Positions 12,778 through 25,949 of a DNA stretch of 64,000 bases are shown one piece after another. Numbering within the stretch: the stretch's first letter is position 1; each line of letters starts with the position of its first letter. The stretch covers positions 93,868,001 to 93,932,000 of the forward strand of contig OX638150.1 in the NCBI GenBank assembly GCA_951804945.1, in the 5' to 3' direction. This stretch comes from Podarcis cretensis. Its lineage: Eukaryota. The notes below the pieces were generated by a model. It made no database searches. It was given only the letters and a program-made list of their open reading frames with translations, and was not told the origin of the DNA. A program made the position numbers and the translations under genes.

Positions 12778-15700
12778 CCTTAGCCCTTCAGTGTTGTTTG
12801 GGAAGACTGGAGTTGGCATTTGGTATTTTCTGCTACCGTCTCCCCTATTCCCAAGTTGCGAGCGATTTAACAAACCAGCTGAGTCAGAGGAGGAGTGATG
12901 GCATCCAGTAAGTACTAAATGGCGAGACACCAGTGGCTCCTGGATGTTGCCTCTCAGTGAAGAAACGAGTCCACAGCTCATAAGTTTGTAATGCACTTTT
13001 TGCATTAAAGCTCTTCCTATGCCGCCTCATCTCCTTTAGGAGGGTCTGTCATTTCACACACTGTAGACTTGAAAATACATTAGTGTTTGCAATGTGTTTA
13101 GCTGGGAAATGCTCACACCTCATAAGTCTGTAATAGGTTCCTACATTACAGCACTTTGCTTCTGCAGTTCAGCTGTTTTAGCCCCAATATCATTTCACAC
13201 GCTGTCATCTTGGAAAACGCAATCGCATTTTCAGCAGCTGCTGCTGTTAGGACTTGTTCGTGTATTACGCGCCATCTAGTAGGACACCAGCTGAGATTAC
13301 TGTTGAGCACATGCTTCTCATTGAGCATATGACTTGTAAAGGGATTTTCAGAGATGCCTCAGAGACAAACACTCAGCAGGACTGTGTTAGGGGTGTTGTC
13401 TCTTCCATATGCTTTTTAAATTGGGTCAGGTGAATCAAATCAAACCCAAAAGGCAGCTGTTAAGATAGATGTATTGCCCTCCAGGAACTGGGGACTAAGA
13501 TATGTTTAGCTGTCATGCTGGGTGTAGAATATATTGATCGAAAAGAAAGGAACCACAACAGCCATGCTTGGTTGGGACTGGAATGTATTTTTGCTAACGG
13601 AGGGAAACTAATTCCGCATTCCAGTTCAGCAAAGCTTGCACTGTCGGATTGTCCTACCCAGAAGCCTTCATGGTGTTTTGGAACATGGGAGGAAATGCTG
13701 ATGTGAACTCAGTAGTACTACATACAGAAGCTGGCCACTTTTTCTGCTTTATTGTGGCTCTACATTCTCTTTCCACTCTCAGAGTTTTTATGAGGGGAGG
13801 GGGTTTAGGCTGTATACCTGAATCTCTTCTAATTCCTGGATCCAGCAAAGGTTAAAATCTAATGGAGGATTCAATTGTTGGAATAGCCAGGCCAGCTTCT
13901 TGGCCCTAAGTATGGGTCACTAGTATAAGAAAGGAAGCTGCTCTGTGCCAGAGGGCAAATGCTGGCAGTGAGAAGGACAAAGGCCACAGTTGTGTGTGAG
14001 GAAGAGCTGACCTAGATGCAGAGAGAGTTGGCCTCCTAGATGAAGGCAGAACTGCCAACTGCCAACTGCCTCTTCCTTTCCTCATTCATTCTTTGTGAAA
14101 TACATACAAATATGAACACCTACCATCTTTTAAGAATCCTGACTTGGGCAGTTTCAATACTACTGCATGTGTGGATCAGCAAAGCACTGTTGACCTACCT
14201 GACATGATGACATTGTGTGGGTAGTGATATCATTGGCCAAGGTCCATAGTTCTGCATTTTTTTTGCTCTAGTTTCCTTAGTGCACTTACCAGTTTGTGCA
14301 TGCACAGTTCACTTAAAACTTCCTTTGCTTCAGACCCTGTCTTCTTGCTGCCATTTTGGGGAGACCAAGAAGTAGAGACACCTGTGCTCAAAGTTTTCCC
14401 CAGACTCTTCTAATGAAAATAACACTTCAGATGACCATTCTGACTCTGGAGGCCAAATAAACAACTGTATCTATTTCTGTGCAAATAATAAATTAGAGAT
14501 CTGAAGTCTTTATAAAATATCCAACGTCCAGTTTAGAGCAGTGCTCCTAACACATTACACCCAGTAGAGAATTCTCTCTCTCTCTCTATATATATATTCT
14601 TTAAAAAGGAAAGCTTTGTAATACTGATGGGAAGGTCAAGCCTATATAACACTGCCAGAACTCTTGTGTTCTTGGAGCAGCTAGCTATTCCAAATCTGGT
14701 GAAAAATGATTTTTGTGAACATGCATCTTCAAAACCAAACAGTCTCCTACTACCAGCAACTGAAGAATTACATTTTCTTGGAGTGGGGGTTTGGAATGAA
14801 GCCATGCAGCTCTGTCAATCCGCTGAGATGAGTTATAGTGCTTTCCTCTTTCAGCTTAACAAGAAACATGTCACATGAAGAACAAGGACATTAGGCACCT
14901 TGGATAGCCACTAGATGAGCGAAGGAGAGGGTAGGAAATTGCTCACAATAATTGTCCTAAGGAGGAACGAATTCACCCAAGGACAGCAGCCGGAATGCAA
15001 TTCGCACACTAGTCATGATAAACCCTGAGTGACAAAGCTCAAAATGGAAAAAATAAACTCTTTCCCCAGACATTTTTGTAGCAAATACTTTATACTGTCA
15101 TTGATGTCATGGAAGGCTTAGAGGGCACGCCAGTGAGAAAGCTAGACATAAGCTTCCTTGTGGCTCTTGAACCAGAACAGCAACAAGAAAGTCCTGCACC
15201 CAGATACTCCCTGAGTTGGGGCAAGCTGTGAGGGGTTAGGTGAGAGATGGGCAAGCTATAAAGGGAGGAAGAGGGGACAAGGTGGGGGCGGGAGGCAGAG
15301 TTGGCAGGTAAGTGGGTTTGGCAAGTGGAGCAAGCAGGATAGCAGCCCCTGTATAAACATAAATGCATACATACATACATACACATGCACATTTAAAACC
15401 CTAAAAATATTGGCAGCAGCGTGGGGGAGGAAATTGCATGGTAAGCAAAGGATGGGGGGAATGATTAAAATGCAAAAAATAAAATGGTTATGAAGGTGCG
15501 GAAAGTTTCATTAAAAGTTACACTTTCTAAGTTCCATCAAAATTTAATAAGCGATAATGTCTTCAGCTTCATAGAATTTAATTTTGTAGCTTATGAAAGG
15601 AATAATTAAAACATACCAAGCTATCAGTCATTTTGTATTTTATCTGCCTTCCAAGGTATCACTCATAAAGCAGTAAGATTTTTTTCTAAGGCAGTGGAGG

Positions 15701-16099
15701 GGGTCCCTAAGAGTTCCTTTAGTCAGCATATCAGCATTTATTAATCTAGAATCCATGGGGATGGAGGCTGAGGGAAAAAAGAAAGAAAATTCAGTTGGCC
15801 TTTGGATTAACTTCATCAGATCTATCGGTCTGGAAACCGTTCAAAACAGGGAAATAATCTGTAGCTGCAGCTGATCAACCGTTTATAAGATTGTTTTGTT
15901 AATACGCAATAAAAAGTTTTATAAAAGAACAAGAAGCGTTTGTGTGGTGATCTGAAGAGGACAACGACCAGGCCTGACAGGAAGCTACTTCTCCATTTAA
16001 AACCAGCTTGCCTGTTGAGCAAGGTGATTGCCTCTGGCTAAACATTTTGAAATATCTGGATATGTGCACACTTCTTTCCTTCCTGCAAATATGGCTGCC

Positions 16100-16527
16100 A
16101 GGGGCAGTGTGTCTTGCTTTACAGCTTTGACTTTCTGCCCTGCCCTGCTGTTACCACCAGTGCCACGAACACCAGCACTGCCATGTCTGTTCCAGCCACC
16201 TGCACCACTCACCCTGCCACCACCACCACCACTGGTGGATAAGCAGCGCTGGCATGGGCACCACTTTTGGGTGAGATCTCAACCATTTTAGGTGAGATTT
16301 CGGTGATGCCAGGTGAAATCTCTGCAAAATCTCACAGGATTTTAGCAAGATCACAGCTGAAACCACCACCAAGATCTTGCTTGAAATCAGCACTGATGCC
16401 AGTGTTGCGTCTCCACCACTGGCAGAGACAGCGGGGCAGGCAAAGTGCCTGTGTGGGGGTGTTGCTTCAAGGGCTTCCGCCATCTGAGGCAGTGGTCTCA
16501 CCCTGCCTAATGGCTTCGCCGGCCCTG
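16100..16527. mobile_element. Probable non-autonomous DNA element (left boundary uncertain)
   Basis: The right end CTGCCTAATGG...GCCGGCCCTG is the reverse complement of similar ends at about 45392 and 59114. Confidence 0.4.
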
Positions 16528-17699
16528 TGACTGTCTAAGGACCAAGCCCCATGTTATCTATGTACATGCAGGGTGGTTACTTGTGGGTGGGGAAAGGCAA
16601 GGCTTAATCCAGATTGTAACCCAAGCATGGGGGAGGGGGGGTTGCCCTACACCTGCAAAGCAGTATCTAGGAACCAACCCAATGAGTTTTAAAGCAATAA
16701 ATAGCTCTTCACTAGGACAATAAGGACAATGAAAGGGACCACCCCACAGGAAAAACAATTTAAATAATTGAATTGCTGTTATATTAAGAATCTTTGAAAA
16801 GCTTCATTGCTTCACTGTACTTACGACAACCCCATGGTAGACAGATGTGAAAACAATGCAGATTCAAATCTGTCTCAGTGTACAGAGAATCCCTCATTAT
16901 AATCAGTGCCCCTGATGAATAGCAGTAAGTAACTCAAAGCGCATTTGATTTCCAGAAACTATTTTTGTAATAAGCTTACTGCACTCAGTTGTGCGTTATA
17001 TCTTTTTACTATTTAGCAGTGTCTGTTTTGGTGTATCCATAGAATATATCTTTTCGCATGAGCAATACTGAGGAGGATGTAAACAGTTCAGATAAAGTTA
17101 GGAATCCTTTGCTTTTCCAGTGCATTTATCATAGCTAATTCTCCAAGAACCTGATGAGATGGAGGAAGCTAGTGTCACAATACATTTAGCAACAGAGAAA
17201 CCTGAGATCGACGTAAGTTGCTTTTTTAGCAGAAGAAAGCACTGGAATTCATCACAGAAGAAAAAATGGTCCTGGCTGTGGGTTCCATAAAGTCACTGTC
17301 TCTTTAGATGGAAATTTCTCAGCACAGTCATGAATTCAATGAGTACTGTTGGGCAACCTGCTTTGTGCCTGAGCTCTACTTCTGCAGGCTGTCATTTTCT
17401 ATAGCATGAATCCTGAAGGTTTTCTGTTTCCTTCCATAACGTTAATTGGAACACTTGCTGGAAACACCTGACTCACTTGCTGTGTGGCAATCTTTTGCAT
17501 GGTGCTCTTGATGTATTTCCATACTCTGTTTCTTGAGAATTGGTTTGTCCTGTGTCACAGTTGTGGGGGAACATATTCAGCTTGAGGGACACATTCTCTT
17601 CCAGGCAACCTTCTGGTAAGAATGAGTAGGACCAGAGGTGAAAGTTGGTGGAGCAATTAATAGGTTTCAACACTAGTTTCTACACATACACACACTCAA

Positions 17700-17905
17700 A
17701 CCCTCTGTCTTGCACTCAGGCAAGCAAGAGACATTATCAGAGTTCGAGAACACATTCCAGCCAAGCAAAAATACTCAAGGAGAGTTTGAAACAGGATGTG
17801 GCTTGGTAGGGAGTGTGGCCTGAGGAGAGTTACTCAAATCAAGGGCTAGATAGAGAGGTCCTGGAGGTCCACATTGAATCCCTGGGCCTCAATTCCCTAC
17901 ACTTG
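17700..17905 (+). mobile_element. Degenerate hAT-like MITE
   Basis: Shares CATTATCAGAGTTC..ACACATTCCAG and TGTGGC blocks with 31015-31180 and 48914-49241. Confidence 0.55.
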
Positions 17906-17984
17906 TTTTATAAGATTTAAAATTTGAATGGGGGACCTATGGCAGATTACGTCTGGCTGTTTGTTTCAAATGTTCTGATTCCAG

Positions 17985-18138
17985 GTCTCTCCACACCATA
18001 CATTTAAAGCATACTCAACATACATTTAAGGCAAATATTGGGAATTGTAGTTTTCCCCATATAGGTACAATTCACAGCACCCTTAACAAACTCTTTGGGA
18101 GACATCATATGCTCAAAATGTATGCTGCAGATCTGCCC
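17985..18138. mobile_element. Palindromic MITE-like repeat
   Basis: CACACC..ACATTTAAAGCA / GGGAATTGTAGTTT motifs recur at 20453-20620 and 41575-41745. Confidence 0.5.
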
Positions 18139-19217
18139 GCTATGGCACATGAGATAGAGAAAGAGAGAAGCAAATAGGAATCACTTCACAAAAGCCACCT
18201 CACCTCTTAAATAATGTGTGTGACAGGAAATTGTTTACAGATTCAAAAGGCTTCTTTTCGGAACTGATCCCACAGCTAACACGACTGGCTCAGCATCAAG
18301 CATGTTGCTATTCAGATGTTAACTGTCAAGAACTTCAAGCTGTCTCGTTACACTTGCGGCGAAGAAATTTCCTCCTACACATTATCAAAGCATTTTTTTC
18401 CTTATTATTTATCTTTCCAGTAAGTGACAGGTGAAGGGAATTTTGTTTTGGGATGGACAGAGGCTGTTCTCCACCTGATACCTTATTGAAAACATAGTTA
18501 TAATAAAAGCAACACATTGGCACCAGCTTGCTTGCTTGCTTGCTTGTTTTTTTAAATCAAGGCAGCAGGAAATAAAAACACAATTTGACAGACTTTGGAG
18601 GAGCTGCTCCAGAAAGACAAAGTTGCTTTACTGAGTTCCTGAAATTACATTATTATTTTCAGTCTACCAAGTGATTAAGGAGTTAGCTAGGAAGTGTGGA
18701 CGTTACAGCCCACCGATTCCCCAAGGTCACCCAATAATTGGCAGATGGGAGAGGTTCCATCCTGTCAACTTTCAGAATTGCACCCGGCTGCCTGCCTACT
18801 TGACAGAGCAATGCTGTAGATGAATTCAGTTCACGCTGACAATACACTGCATAGCAATCAGCCAAATCCATCAAATGAAGGATATTTTTTTTACATATAT
18901 CAGAGAAGAAAATATTTTTTTTACATATATCAGGGGGGAGGGAAGAAAAACCACCTCTACAATTTGCTTTTTCCTTTTCCCATGAGGCAATCGACGCCTT
19001 TGTTTTCTTGTGGAAACCAAATCACCCACCTCTCTTTGCTTTTCCAGATGACTGACCCCTTAATGAATGTGATTGCGACCTTTAGTAGTAACTTGCCTTT
19101 TCGCCACTAAAAAACTGTACAGACCACATACAAGGATGGGGAGTCTGTTGCCAACTTCCCATTCTTTCATGATAGGGGTGGAACTATGTGCCCCACACAT
19201 TTAAGTATGGGGAGTTT

Positions 19218-19540
19218 GGGGAGGGCTGTAGCTCAGCGTGGTAGAGAATCTGCTTTGCCAGTTTCCATCCACAGCATCTTCAAGTCTGTCTGTGAGAGAC
19301 TCACCTGGAACCGTGGAAAGCTGCTACCACTCAATGTAGACCAGGCATAGGCAAACTTGGCCCTCCAGATATTTTGGGACTACAATTCCCATCATCCCTG
19401 ACCATTGGTCCTGTTAGCTAGGGATGATGGGAGTTGTAGTCCCAAAGCATCTGGAGGGCTGAGTTTGCCTATGCCTGATGTAGACAATACTGAGCTAGAT
19501 GTGACCTGTCTTAGTGGCTAAGGAGCCTTTCCATGTTACT
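19218..19540 (+). mobile_element. tRNA-derived SINE with CR1-like tail, interrupted by a MITE
   Basis: GGGCTGTAGCTCAG..TGGTAGAG head; TGTAGACAATACTGAGCTAGATG 3' part; related copy at 58259. Confidence 0.7.
19342..19477. mobile_element. hAT-type MITE, complete
   Basis: TIRs CAGGCATAGGCAAACT / AGTTTGCCTATGCCTG; perfect 8-bp TSD ATGTAGAC (19334-19341, 19478-19485). Confidence 0.92.
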
Positions 19541-21259
19541 ATGCTCTTAGACTGTACACTGGATTTCTATATGCCAGAGTGTCTAAACACATGGTCTGCA
19601 ACAGTCTCCACGGTCTCTGGCATTATCAGGAAGCCCATTCCATTTTAAAAGTATAGACTGTATTAGGGGGTTGTTATGCTATGCAGCTGAGCCCTGCCCC
19701 TGACACTGCTCTCACTGGATGCACCATCACCAAGTCCCACATTTTGAGACTGTGGCAGCGGGTCCTATGCAGGGAGACCTCCTCCATGCAAAAATTGAGT
19801 TCTGATTAGTCTCGGATTCTTCCTTACACGGAAAAGGTCTTTGAATGTACATTGGTACATGCTGAATGTGCAGCTGGCCATCGCTGTCAACTTTTCCCTT
19901 TTCTTGCGAGAAATCCTATTCAGAATAAGGGGATTTCCCTTAAAAAAAGGAAAACGTTGACAGCTATGGCAGCTGGTAAGGGTGAGGATAGCCTCTGCAG
20001 CCCTGCTTTTAGTGCATGAGGGGTTCATCGGGACCTCCCTTTTGAAACGGGGTATTCATATATCCTTATACCTGTACACCCATAATGCCTGGCGTTTTTA
20101 ATCTGCCGACAGATTGCTGAATCGTTTTCATTACAGTGCTAACACTAATTTACATTATAATGTAAGTTTGCAGCAGTTACACCAGCCTCCATTTACAAAG
20201 TGACCTCCCCTGAAATATGTCGTGTCCTACTTCAAAACCCCTGATCCAACTTGTATCTGACACTGCGTTTACATTAATGAAGCTCATTTGCTTACTTAAC
20301 AAGAAACAAAGCCGAACCTACTGAAACTACAGCTTCTTACTAACCTGGCAGATGGGGGAGGGCTGTATTACTTCATACTGCAGTATGGAGCTCATATATT
20401 CTCTTCTATGCTAAATCCCCATCCTACAGAAAACTAGACATCAGAGAGAGCTAGGCCCCATCTGCACTTATGCGTTTAAAGCAGTATCATACCACTTTAA
20501 ACAGTTATGATTTCTCCCCAAGAATCCTGGGAACTGTAGTTTGTTACAAGTGTTGAGAAGAGACCCCTGCTCACAGAGGTGCAGTTTGCAGAAAGGTTTA
20601 ATACTCAACCGCTCTTTGCAGATAACGCTCCCAAACAGCATATGGGATTGCAAAACACTGTGCGTTTGTACATATGAACGTCAAAATGATCAGGGAAATC
20701 TGAAATGGTTAAGACCACATTTTGCAAAATGTTACTAGCCAAAATTGTTTAGGTTAACAGTGAAAACTGCTTTGAGGTTTTACAAGTATGTGTAAGAAAT
20801 CAATAGAAATGTCAGGACTTGATTAAAATGCTAAAAGCATTTTAATACACTTCACAGACATTATAGTACCTCCTGCTAGATGATAGTATGAAGTCAAATA
20901 CAATTTAAACAATAAAGGGTCACACACACACCAGGTCAATGACTATGTGATGTGGTATTTTACAGCTCCAGCGTGGGGTCCATGCCATTCTCTGCGGCTG
21001 TTAATTATTATCCAACAGGCAAACTCATAAGTGCTAAGTAACGGCAGCAGGAAATCCCTGCAGAGCATCTGGCTCTATGTATTTTATTACACACACAAAA
21101 ATAGCTGTTATTATAAATCAAGAAATTAATCTGAGGAAAGAAATATGAGGCCAAGTGGGAGGATGATGATTACATAAAGCAGATTATAGTTTTATAAGTC
21201 TCGAGGTTCTTTAAAATATGCATTCATATATATGTTGAGAGAGAGTTATTTGCTTGAAG

Positions 21260-21332
21260 TCATAGAATCATAGAATCATAGAGTTGGAAGAGACCACAAG
21301 GGCCATCGAGTCCAACCCCCTGCCAAGCAGGA
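21260..21332 (-). mobile_element. CR1 LINE extreme 3' end
   Basis: (TCATAGAA)n, i.e. the CR1 ATTCTATG 8-mer tail on the minus strand, plus a GAGTCCAACCCC hairpin region. Confidence 0.85.
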
Positions 21333-21573
21333 TTTATACTGCCATTATAAATACTGCCAAGTATTTTAATTGTATCAGTGAGATCATTTCTCTTCTGTAG
21401 TGAAATGCAAAACTCTCGAGAAACCTGTGGCAGTTAACCTACTCTGAAATTTATGCCCATTGGAACTCCAATTTATGCTGTCTTGTATGCCCGCGATACT
21501 GACATAATGAACTTGCAGCGCATTTGTGTTTTCAGTTGTTGGACCACAAATTACGTATACTTCAGGATCCCTA

Positions 21574-22012
21574 TGTGACGTTAACATATGAGGCAAAATA
21601 ATTAAACAGGTTACCCAATCAGGACCCGGGGGGTGGAGTTGTTGGGAGGTTGGTTGGAGTGGGAGTGAACTGGGATAGAGTTTGTGGGTAGGTTGAGTTA
21701 GTGTAGCAAAATAAGCTGAGTCAGGAATAGTTAGGGGCTAGGAAGACATGTAAATATCTGAGAGGTGGTTTAGTGAGTGAGAGCAGGTAGCGGAAGTTAT
21801 AGGTCTGGATAGGTACCCTATGACTGTAATTCACCGATACTGTTTATGAAACCACACACTTGTTAAACTGCAATAAATAAACAGAAGTTTATGTTCCAAT
21901 TTAAACCTGACTGGACTCAGTATTGGGCCTGGGTGGTGGCAGCGAGGAATAAAGTGGTGGCACAAGGATCAATAGACGGTGAAACGTCCGGGGACCCTGT
22001 GTGATTGCCACA
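21574..22012 (+). mobile_element. Solo LTR (about 440 bp)
   Basis: TGTG...CACA termini, 5-bp flanks CCCTA/CCCTC, internal CCAAT and AATAAA. Confidence 0.7.
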
Positions 22013-22142
22013 CCCTCAAAGGAGGGATAATAGGTAGATATAAAGACGGCTGCCTTATTGACAGCCTAGGGGCATGAGGAAAATAAATTGTGTGACACAA
22101 AACCAAATCTGACCCATAGTGCTATAAGCCACTGGTGGCAAG

Positions 22143-22359
22143 TACAGGTTACATACGCTTCAGGTTACATACTCCGCTAACCCAGAAATAGTGCTTCAGG
22201 TTAAGAACTTTGCTTCAGAATGAGAACAGAAATTGTGCTCCGGCAGCGTGGCGGCAGTTGGAGGCCCCATTAGCTAAAGTGGTGCTTCAGGTTAAGAACA
22301 GTTTCACGTTAAGAACGGACCTCCGGAACGAATTAAGTACTGAACCCGAGGTACCACTG
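22143..22359. mobile_element. Tc1/pogo(Tigger)-type MITE, left end lost
   Basis: Right TIR CCCGAGGTACCACTG followed by TA; same family as 26956, 28595, 39062 and 55683. Confidence 0.85.
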
Positions 22360-22819
22360 TAGCTGTAAAGGACATGGTCCAAGGTCATCCTAGTTACACT
22401 GACTGGAGAACATGTCATTTTGAAATGAAGGCTTGCCTTGTAGATTTACATGATACAGGTGTTCCAAGGGTGGAGAGGTGGGGAGGCTGAGCCAGCCTGG
22501 GATCTGCTGAATCCTAAGCCGGTCTTCTCTGCCATCAGAAACAAATTCAGGCCTGATCCAGACTTGAGCACTGTGACAGCCCTGGAGCTGGGATCATATC
22601 TGATTCTCCTCCTCACCACCACCTTTTGCCACAGCAGTGTCTCCACTGTTCTGCAAAGTCCCATTGGTGAGGAGTGGGAGGTTTAGATTACAGCCTAAGT
22701 GTACAAACAGGATGGAGATTTATCCTAACCTGGACAAATTGTAATATGTATAAGACTCACAGCAAGCAATGGAAAATGCATGTTGAGCTTTTCCATTCAC
22801 GAGGTTGGTTGATAGGTGT

Positions 22820-23865
22820 GCCGGGTGGGTGCTGACCCATGCAGGGCCTTCTTGGTGGTGGTTTTCTGCTGGAGGAATGCTTTCCCTGGTGAGAAGCAAC
22901 TATCTCCCTTACTATTAACATTTAGGATTTTAAAACGGTTCTGTTCATCAAACGTTTGGAGGCTCAAAGATGCTGTTCCTGGCAATCTTGCTCTTATTAG
23001 CTTTGAGGATATGACTGTTTTTGAAAAATGTTTTTCGGTGCTCTTGTTTCTAAAGTTTTAACATGTTTTAAATATGTTATATGTTAAATGGATGTTTAAA
23101 TATGTTAAATGTTTTAAATATGTTAAATGGAGGCAGTGAGAGATTTTACTTTCTTGGGCTCCATGATCACTGCAGATGGTGACAGCAGCCACGAAATTAA
23201 AAGACGCCTGCTTCTTGGGAGAAGGGCAATGACAGGCCTAGACAGCATCTTGAGAAGTAGAGACATCACCTTGCCAACAAAGGTCCGTATAGTTAAAGCT
23301 ATGGTTTTCCCAGTAGTGATGTATGGAAGTGAGAGCTGGACCATAAGGAAGGCTGATCGCCGAAGAATTGATGCTTTTGAATTATGGTGCTGGAGGAGAC
23401 TCTTGAGAGTCCCATGGACTGCAAGAAGATCAAACCTCTCCATTCTGAAGGAAATCAGCCCTGAGTGCTCACTGGAAGGACAGATTGTGAAGCTGAGGCT
23501 CCAGTACTTTGGCCACCTCATGAGAAGAGAAGACTCCCTGGAGAAGACCCTGATGTTGGGAAAGATGGAGGGCACAAGGAGAAGGGGGCGACAGAGGACG
23601 AGATGGTTGGATAGTGTTTTTGAGGTTACCAGCATGAGTCTGACCAAGCTGCGGGGGGCAGTGGAGGACAGGAGTACCTGGCGTTCTCTGGTCCATGGGG
23701 TCACGAAGAGTCGGACACGACTAAACGACTAAACAACAACAAATATGCTTTCATTTTATTTATAATTGCATTGTTTTGCTGCTTGGTTGTTTGCCACCCT
23801 GGGCTCGTTTGGGAGGCAAACGGGATAGAAAAGTATCATCATCATCACCATCACCATCACCATTA
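22820..23865 (+). mobile_element. Old L2-type 3' end hosting a BovB insertion
   Basis: Degenerate RAFLVVVFCWRNAFP motif; the UTR resumes after the BovB and ends in a (CAT/CAC)n tail. Confidence 0.6.
23127..23742 (+). mobile_element. RTE-clade BovB LINE, 5'-truncated, uninterrupted 201-aa ORF C-terminus
   Basis: FLGSMITADGDSSHEIKRRLLLGR...RRIDAFELWCWRRLLRVPWTARRSN...LKLQYFGHLMRR-like...GVTKSRTRL; (CAA)n tail; AAATATG direct repeat on both sides. Confidence 0.95.
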
Positions 23866-24500
23866 CCAATAATAATAGGAGGTTTTTCTCCTCCTCTAAG
23901 AAACACTGGAGCAATATTACGCTTAAACTCATAATGCATAATCTGATTCTCTCTGACTGTTCTGTTAAAATGTTACTGTGTTTGTATTTCCCCCCAATAA
24001 AAAAAAAAACCCACCTTGTTTTGTAAGCCTGCTTCTTCACCACGGTATTTCACTATTTTCCCATACAAATCAAAGCGAGAGTTAGAAAAGGGGTATAAAT
24101 TACTAAATGAGTTTATTGAAGACTTCATTGTGAAGTTCTCTCAAAACATCAGATAGGATTATCCCACAGGCTTTGAAAATGACAATAATACATGTCCTGT
24201 CTTCTGCTCAGTATAACTTTAAACATTTATGAATGCACATTCATTAAGTTTTAAAGAAAGCAGTAGTACCCACATCAAATGTTTCTGCAGCGAGATAATG
24301 CTTTTTGTTACGACTGTTGTCTTCTTGGAAAAAACTTGAGGGCATTGCTATGAGAAAATCCCAATTTCTGCGAGCATAAAGCCTTATAAATCATTTGTAA
24401 TCCTCATTAAATGAAATCAAATGTGCACCTATTCTTAAGTACTAAGGCAGTCTGTGACAGAAATGTACTCTGCAAAGACAGGAAGCAATTAATTCAGGGG

Positions 24501-24509
24501 GATATATAT

Positions 24510-24568
<59 letters not shown>
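24501..24568. repeat. (TA)n microsatellite
   Basis: Direct observation. Confidence 0.95.
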
Positions 24569-24570
<2 letters not shown>

Positions 24571-25913
24571 CTCCCCACTTTGTGTTTGTATATATAATCA
24601 CACAAAATCACACAAAGTGGGAGTTTTCATGAACCTTATTAGCTGCATTTCCAGTTGTCACAATCTTCAAGGTAATTTACCAAAGATAACACCTTACAAA
24701 TATACAAAGCAGCATCATTACAATAAAAAAGCAATCTAAAATTAACCATCAGAACAAAACCTCTCACCCAGCTCAAAAAGTTTTAGTTTTTCTAAAGGTT
24801 GACAGTGATGGCATCAATGAGCTCCATTGTGGAAGTAGTTCGACAGCAGTGGGATTTCAAAGGGTGGGGGAGCCCCATTCATGCACAAGAGGGAAGCATG
24901 ACTTAGAACCAGGCAGCCCCTAGACTTCCTTCTTCACATAATAACATGCCTGCACATAACATTAAGTGTTTCTCTAGCCCAGCACAGTGGTCTAGATAAG
25001 GTAACGCTGTAAAGATAGAAGAACTATTTGTTTTCCTTGGAGTGGCAAGCATCATTTGTAAAAGTGTTGAAATTAATGAAGGGAAGTGTAGGAGGCCCTT
25101 TATTAAGGCCTCCAGTCCTCACTCCCTGACAATTTCAGTCAAATTATATCACCAACTTGGCACCAAAGGAGCCACCATAAAAGGTAAGGAGCCCAAACAT
25201 CTCTATCACATCCAACGCAAACTTCATATCCTTGCATTTGACTCCCCCCCCCCCCTCTTTCTGACCGTGGCCTGTTGCTATGACATTTCTGCCCAAGAGT
25301 TTCATCTTAGCTGACCCTTCAAGTTTCTTCCCTTTCTTTTTCTTAAATAATTTTTGTACATTGTAAAACCTTGGAGTACTGCCAAGCTTATGAACAGCTC
25401 CCATTGCGTGTAGAAGTTGCTGTTTGGGCTATATGTGGACTACAACAGCACTGTAGTAACAGGGAAGCGCAAGATACACAGAAATAAATAAAATTCTAAT
25501 TTCTCAACAATATGCAGCTCAATATTTACTTCAAGTAGACCATTCTTTACTGTAGCCTATTATTATATAGCTGGGAAGCTTACGGATCATGTCTCTCAGA
25601 ACCTAAATGCTGAAGTAGACAGGTGAGACTACCTACTGCTGGGAACTTCCAAATATATCCACAATAACATTCTGTTCTGCTTTCTCAGCTCTGAGCTGGC
25701 TGAATGTTAATGGCATCAGAAAGTGTTTGACTTTCCACTGCTATACCTTCTTGTCGTCTTTGAGCTCATAAGCACTACCGGATATCTCCTGGATACAAAG
25801 TTTTCTGATTTTTTTTTATAAGTCTTTGTAAACTGGGGAGAGATTGGAGTGGGAAGCTCGTCTAAAACTGCAGTGCTGTATCCTCAAGTTTCAGTTTAAT
25901 CTCTCTATTTTTC

Positions 25914-25914
<1 letters not shown>

Positions 25915-25949
<35 letters not shown>
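25915..25949. repeat. (CT)n(CA)n compound microsatellite
   Basis: Direct observation. Confidence 0.9.

Noticed and set aside
14550-14660. miR-200-family-like seeds (TAATACTG, TAACACTG)
   Set aside because: The match is limited to the seed and no precursor hairpin is evident.
16910-16950. CTGATGA hammerhead-like core
   Set aside because: No convincing stem II or GAAA follows.
18882-18933. 30-bp-period tandem duplication
   Set aside because: Ordinary two-copy slippage duplication.
23123-23704. 193-aa minus-strand ORF
   Set aside because: Antisense shadow of the BovB ORF.
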